From Pseudomonas aeruginosa PAO1 (lineage in GTDB: Bacteria > Pseudomonadota > Gammaproteobacteria > Pseudomonadales > Pseudomonadaceae): 64,000 nucleotides of DNA. Shown here piece by piece: positions 59,878 through 64,000 of this stretch; position 1 is the first letter of the stretch, and every line of letters starts with the position of its first letter. The translations under genes were made by a program, and so were the position numbers. The notes under the pieces are model-generated. The model worked only from the letters and a program-made list of their open reading frames with translations, had not been told where the DNA came from and searched no databases. The stretch lies in the NCBI RefSeq assembly GCF_000006765.1, contig NC_002516.2; one strand, given 5' to 3'.

Positions 59878-61092
59878 TCAGCGCAAGCTTTCGGCGCCGA
59901 CACCTCGCGCCTGCCGCTCGGCGAACAGTGCCGCATAGCGCCGCGGGTCGAAGCGCAGGCCCAGTCCCAGCAGCAGCGCCGCCACCGTGGCCAGCCCGAG
60001 CCAGGCGCCGGTGAAGCTGCCGAGGCTGTCGCGCAGCAGCCCGGCGATCCATGGCGAGACCCCGGCGATCAGGTAGCCGGCGCCTTGTACCAGGGCAGCC
60101 AGTTGACCGGCGCGTTGCGGCGCGTCGAAGTGGTCGAGGCAGACGATCAAGCCCATGGGGAACAGCCCGCCGATGCCCAGTCCCAGACACAGCGCCCAGA
60201 GCAGCGGCAGGCTGGCCGGCGCCCAGGCGAGGCCGAGGAAGCCGGCCAGCATCAGCGCCGTTAGCCCGACCAGCACCGGGCGGCGATCCCGCGAGCGGCT
60301 GGCCAGGGCCGGCGCGAGCAACCCGGAGAGCACCTCCATGGCCGTCAGGAAACCGAGCAGCAGCCCGGATTCCTGGGCGCTCCAGCCCTGCTCCAGGTAA
60401 TAGGGCGCGAGCCAGGCCAGCACGCAGGTGTAGCAGGCCGTGCCGAGGCCGAAGAACAGGACCAGCAGCCAGGTCCGCGGATAGCGCAGGAGGCTCCTGC
60501 CCGGCTGCGCGTCGGGCAGGCGCAGGCGGGTGCCGGGTTGCAGCCACCAGGCCAGCAGCGCGAGCGCGGCGAGCGCCGCCCAGGCACCGAGGCCGAGCCG
60601 CCAGCCGGCGTGCTCCGCCAGGGTCGGCGCGGCGCTGGCGGACAGCGCCGCGCCAGCCATGATGGCGGTGACGTAGAGCCCCATGCAGAGCGGCGTGCGC
60701 GCGCCGAAACGGGCCTTGATCAGGGCCGGCATCAGCGCCTGGATCAGGGCGATGCCGAGACCGGCGAGCATGGCGCTGCCGAGCAGGTCGGGCAGGCCTC
60801 GGCTGCCCAGGCGCAGGGCGCTGGCGGCGCCGATCAGCAGCAGGGCGAGGGCCACCGAACGCCACTCGCCGACGCGGCGGGCGATGCCCAGGCCGAAGAA
60901 CATGCCGAGGCCGAGGGTCAGCATCGGCAGGGCGGTCAGCAGCGAGACGTCGCCGAAGCTGAGCGCGATCTCGCCGCGCATGGCGTTCAGCAGTGGGCCG
61001 ACGGCGGCCATGGAGAGCCGCAGGTTGAGGCCGACCAGGACGATGGCGGCCATCAGCCAGAGGGTGCGGCCGGGTGGGTTGGCAGTGGGCAT
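59878..61092 (-). CDS. CynX/NimT-like MFS transporter (PA0273-like)
   Basis: GLNLRLSMAAVGP, QGAGYLIAG. Confidence 0.85.
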   Translation of the reverse strand: MPTANPPGRTLWLMAAIVLVGLNLRLSMAAVGPLLNAMRGEIALSFGDVSLLTALPMLTLGLGMFFGLGIARRVGEWRSVALALLLIGAASALRLGSRGLPDLLGSAMLAGLGIALIQALMPALIKARFGARTPLCMGLYVTAIMAGAALSASAAPTLAEHAGWRLGLGAWAALAALALLAWWLQPGTRLRLPDAQPGRSLLRYPRTWLLVLFFGLGTACYTCVLAWLAPYYLEQGWSAQESGLLLGFLTAMEVLSGLLAPALASRSRDRRPVLVGLTALMLAGFLGLAWAPASLPLLWALCLGLGIGGLFPMGLIVCLDHFDAPQRAGQLAALVQGAGYLIAGVSPWIAGLLRDSLGSFTGAWLGLATVAALLLGLGLRFDPRRYAALFAERQARGVGAESLR

Positions 61093-61254
61093 GGCGATCT
61101 CCTTTCGGGAGCACCATTGCGCCTGCGCCAGGGCGTGGCGGCAAATCAAAATCCGCAGGGCGGATTCGAAAAAATGCGCTGGCCAGGGAGTCGGGGCGGA
61201 CGCTGGCGCAACGTTGCGAGTCGCGAGGTTATCCGCCCCGTGCGGCGCGTGGCC

Positions 61255-62025
61255 TCACTCCGCACTCAAGCGCATCAGGCTTTCGCTCAGGGCACGCGCG
61301 TGGCGGTCGACGATGATCGGCGCCCAGGGCCTGCCGGAAGCGCTGACCAGCGCGCTGCTCTTGCTGTTCAGGTCGCGCAGGGCCTGGCTCAGGTACTCCC
61401 AGCGGTTTTCCAGTTTCTTCAGTCCCGCCGGGTTGGCGCTTTGCGCCACCAGCAGGGCGATGCGCCGGTCGATCAGCGGGACCAGCACGCTCTCGTCCTG
61501 GCCGAGATAGTCCCGGGGCTGCTCGCGGGCAGTCTCCAGCCCGCCCAGGTAGGCGCGCGCCAGGTATTGCAGGGACAGGTACTCGACCCGCACCGGCAAC
61601 TGCCAGAGCGGCAGGGGCTGGCCTGGCGGGGGCGGCGGCACCTGGCGTTCCACCAGGTTGAGGAAGTCACGCAGGGCGCGGCTCAGTTGCTGCGGGTAGC
61701 GCCAGGGCAGGTCCTCTTCGCGGGGGCCGTAGGCCGCGCCTTCACGGATGCGCGCCACCAGCGTCTTTTCGCCTTGCCGCAGGAGCACCCCCTCGGGGGC
61801 GGCGGCGAGCGCCCGATCGAGGCTGGCGAGGTCCTTCTCCAGTTGCGCCGCGTGCTGTTCCTGGAAACCCTCGCCGCGCAGCAACAACAGGCTGCCCACC
61901 GCGCGACAGGCCTGGACCTGCAGTTGTTGCAGGGCGCGTTGCTGGTCGTCGAGGGCAGCGCGCGCCGGCAGCGCCAGCAGCAGGCAGTAAAGACAGAGGA
62001 CAGCGGGAAGCGCGGGACGGAGCAT
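61255..62025 (-). CDS. Hypothetical secreted all-helical protein (PA0274-like)
   Basis: Signal peptide ending ARA; 256 aa; typical codon usage. Confidence 0.7.
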   Translation of the reverse strand: MLRPALPAVLCLYCLLLALPARAALDDQQRALQQLQVQACRAVGSLLLLRGEGFQEQHAAQLEKDLASLDRALAAAPEGVLLRQGEKTLVARIREGAAYGPREEDLPWRYPQQLSRALRDFLNLVERQVPPPPPGQPLPLWQLPVRVEYLSLQYLARAYLGGLETAREQPRDYLGQDESVLVPLIDRRIALLVAQSANPAGLKKLENRWEYLSQALRDLNSKSSALVSASGRPWAPIIVDRHARALSESLMRLSAE

Positions 62026-62133
62026 GGGGAGATCCTGTTGTTGTCGTTATGGATATCCGCACCGAGGGCAGGTGCCCTGCACACGGTAGCCGGCCATGGC
62101 GCGCCTGCAAGCGTTCGAAAGTGTGATTCGCGC

Positions 62134-62820
62134 TCAGCCGTGGGTGGCCGCGCGCAGGCCGGCGAGGTCGAGAATCTCGATGCCGCCGTAGCTGAGCTGG
62201 AGGATGCCCTGGGCTTCGAGGTCCTTGAGGATCTGGTTGGTGGTCTGCCGCGACAGCGACAGCATCAATGCCAACTGCTCCTGCGGCAGGTGCAGGACCT
62301 GCCGGCTGCGGCTGTTGTCGTAGCCCTCGGCGAGCATCAGCAGGCGCCGCGCCAGGCGTTGTGCGGCCGGCAGCAGGGCCATCTCTTCCAGGGCGATGAA
62401 TGCCAGGCGCAGCTTGTGGCTCATCAGCAGGGCCACGTCGCGCCAGTAGTGCGGCTCGCGGCGAAGCAGTTCGAGCAGCGCCGCCTGCGGTACCTGGAGT
62501 AGCTGGGTGTGGCCTTCGGCGTAGGCATCGTGGGTGCGCGCCTGGCCGTCGAACAGGGCGATCTCGCCGAACCAGTGCGGCGCTTCCACCAGGATCAGCA
62601 GCGCCTCCTTGCCGTTCTCGCTGACCGCGCTGATACGGATCGCGCCCTCGACCACGCAGTACAGTCCGCAGGGCGCGTCGCCGCGGGCGAACAGGCGCTG
62701 GCCCGGCGGCAACTGGCGCGGTTGGGCGAGTGCCAGCAGGTGCGTCTGCAAGGCCTCCGGCAAACCCTGGAACCAGCGGCCGGCCTGGAGTTGCGAACGG
62801 TAGTCGGTACGCTCGTTCAT
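62134..62820 (-). CDS. Crp/Fnr-family regulator (PA0275-like)
   Basis: cNMP domain (GEIALFDGQART) plus LSRQTTNQIL HTH. Confidence 0.9.
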   Translation of the reverse strand: MNERTDYRSQLQAGRWFQGLPEALQTHLLALAQPRQLPPGQRLFARGDAPCGLYCVVEGAIRISAVSENGKEALLILVEAPHWFGEIALFDGQARTHDAYAEGHTQLLQVPQAALLELLRREPHYWRDVALLMSHKLRLAFIALEEMALLPAAQRLARRLLMLAEGYDNSRSRQVLHLPQEQLALMLSLSRQTTNQILKDLEAQGILQLSYGGIEILDLAGLRAATHG

Positions 62821-62895
62821 GTTTGTCGTCTAGCTGACAGAGTGGAAAACCGGGGCGGCGCGATGATGCGAGAACCCTGGCGTGAGACCACAACA

Positions 62896-63411
62896 ATGAA
62901 AACCCTAGTCGATCACCTTGCGCAATACGCCGCCTACCACCGCGACCGGCGCAACATCTTCAGCCATTTCATCGGCATTCCGATGATCGTCCTCTCCATC
63001 GCCGTGTTGCTGGCGCGGCCGGCGCTGGGGTTCGGCCTGTCTCCGGCGCTGCTGCTGGCGCTCGCCGCGGCGCTGTTCTACCTGCGCCTGGACCTGCGCT
63101 TCGGCGTGGCCATGACGGCGCTGCTGGCGCTGACGGTGTGGGGCGCTGCGCAATTGGCGGCGGGGACTACCGCGGCCTGGCTGGGCTGGGGCGTCGGCCT
63201 GTTCGTGGTCGGCTGGATCATCCAGTTCGTCGGTCATTACTACGAAGGGCGCAAGCCGGCCTTCGTCGACGATCTCAGCGGGTTGATCGTCGGTCCGCTC
63301 TTCGTGCTGGCGGAACTGGCCTTTCTGCTGGGGCTGCGCGGCGACGTGCAGCGCGAGGTCGAGGAGCGCGCCGGCCCGACCTGCATTCGCGAGCACAAGC
63401 GGGCGGCGTGA
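62896..63411 (+). CDS. Mpo1/DUF962-like membrane protein (PA0276-like)
   Basis: YAAYHR, HFIGIP, QFVGHYYEGRKPAF motifs. Confidence 0.85.
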   Translation: MKTLVDHLAQYAAYHRDRRNIFSHFIGIPMIVLSIAVLLARPALGFGLSPALLLALAAALFYLRLDLRFGVAMTALLALTVWGAAQLAAGTTAAWLGWGVGLFVVGWIIQFVGHYYEGRKPAFVDDLSGLIVGPLFVLAELAFLLGLRGDVQREVEERAGPTCIREHKRAA

Positions 63412-63414
63412 GGC

Positions 63415-63438
63415 GGTCTCCCGCGAGCGCGGGAGACC
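63415..63438. terminator. GC hairpin between convergent genes
   Basis: GGTCTCCCGC-GAGC-GCGGGAGACC. Confidence 0.55.
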
Positions 63439-63450
63439 GGGGTGGGAGCG

Positions 63451-64000
63451 TTACTTGCGATCCGCAGCGATGCGCTGGCGGATGTGATCGGCGCGGGCCT
63501 GGGAGCCCGGGTGCGAATCGAACATGCTGCTGTCGCCGCCGCCCAGCTTGGCCAGCTTCTCGAAGGCGGTGACCAGGCCCTGGGTGTTCACTCCGCGCTT
63601 CTTCAGTAGCTCGTAGGAGAAATCGTCGGCGTCGGATTCCTGGGACTGGGAGAACTGCGCGTTGACCAGCGATTCGGTGAGTTCGCCCAGCTGGGAGCCG
63701 GACAGGGCGGCCAGCGCGCCGCTCTTCGAGGCGCCGGCGGCGCCGCGCACCGCGGCGGCCGCGTAGGCGGTCTGGGCGGCCTTGCGGGTGTGGCCGAGGG
63801 CGACGTGGCCCATCTCGTGGCCGAGTACGCCTTCGATCTCGTTGTCGCTCATCAGCTCCATCAGCCCGCTGTAGACGCGGATGCAGCCGTTGGCCATGGC
63901 CCAGGCGTTGACCTCCTCGGTGAGGTAGACCTTGTAGTTCACCGGCACGCCGTCGATCTGGTCGCCCAGGGCCTTGGCGATCTTGTCCAGGCGCTGGCCG
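63451..64000 (-). CDS. M48 (LoiP/YfgC-like) zinc metallopeptidase, 5' end outside window (PA0277-like)
   Basis: VNAWA, HEMGH, ESDAD, SHP motifs; frame open to the window edge. Confidence 0.85.
   Translation of the reverse strand, partial: GQRLDKIAKALGDQIDGVPVNYKVYLTEEVNAWAMANGCIRVYSGLMELMSDNEIEGVLGHEMGHVALGHTRKAAQTAYAAAAVRGAAGASKSGALAALSGSQLGELTESLVNAQFSQSQESDADDFSYELLKKRGVNTQGLVTAFEKLAKLGGGDSSMFDSHPGSQARADHIRQRIAADRK

Overview
Pseudomonas aeruginosa chromosomal window (GC-rich), recognisably collinear with PAO1 loci about PA0219-PA0277 (recognised from memory, not by database search). Left to right: (1) end of an amine/histamine-type catabolic operon (ALDH, APC permease, class III aminotransferase, orphan solute-binding protein); (2) a two-aldolase operon with an XRE-cupin regulator; (3) the beta-ketoadipate operon pcaIJFTBDC, pcaK, a quinate/shikimate module (quiC1, aroQ2, shikimate/quinate dehydrogenase, porin, MFS) and pobAR; (4) about 16 kb of genes all on the minus strand (33.8-49.6 kb), downstream of tRNA-Arg(CCG): hcpC-vgrG2b-immunity-tle3-tla3 (H2-T6SS orphan island), a decayed IS3-family element, a DUF4347/caspase-like gene, hudAR, a SUFU-like gene; (5) davDT/gabDT and small regulator/enzyme modules. 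The most interesting unexplained signals lie in and around the T6SS island: two well-supported translation starts on tla3 (signal-peptide form versus cytoplasmic form), a non-coding stretch tiled with back-to-back palindromes plus helically phased repeats between hcpC and the tRNA, a sigma54/IHF/UAS promoter layout, low-GC patches spliced into the toxin and its partner gene, and a stand-alone His-Cys dyad protein. No CRISPR array is present; the tandem array at 16.5-17.0 kb is a REP/BIME cluster.
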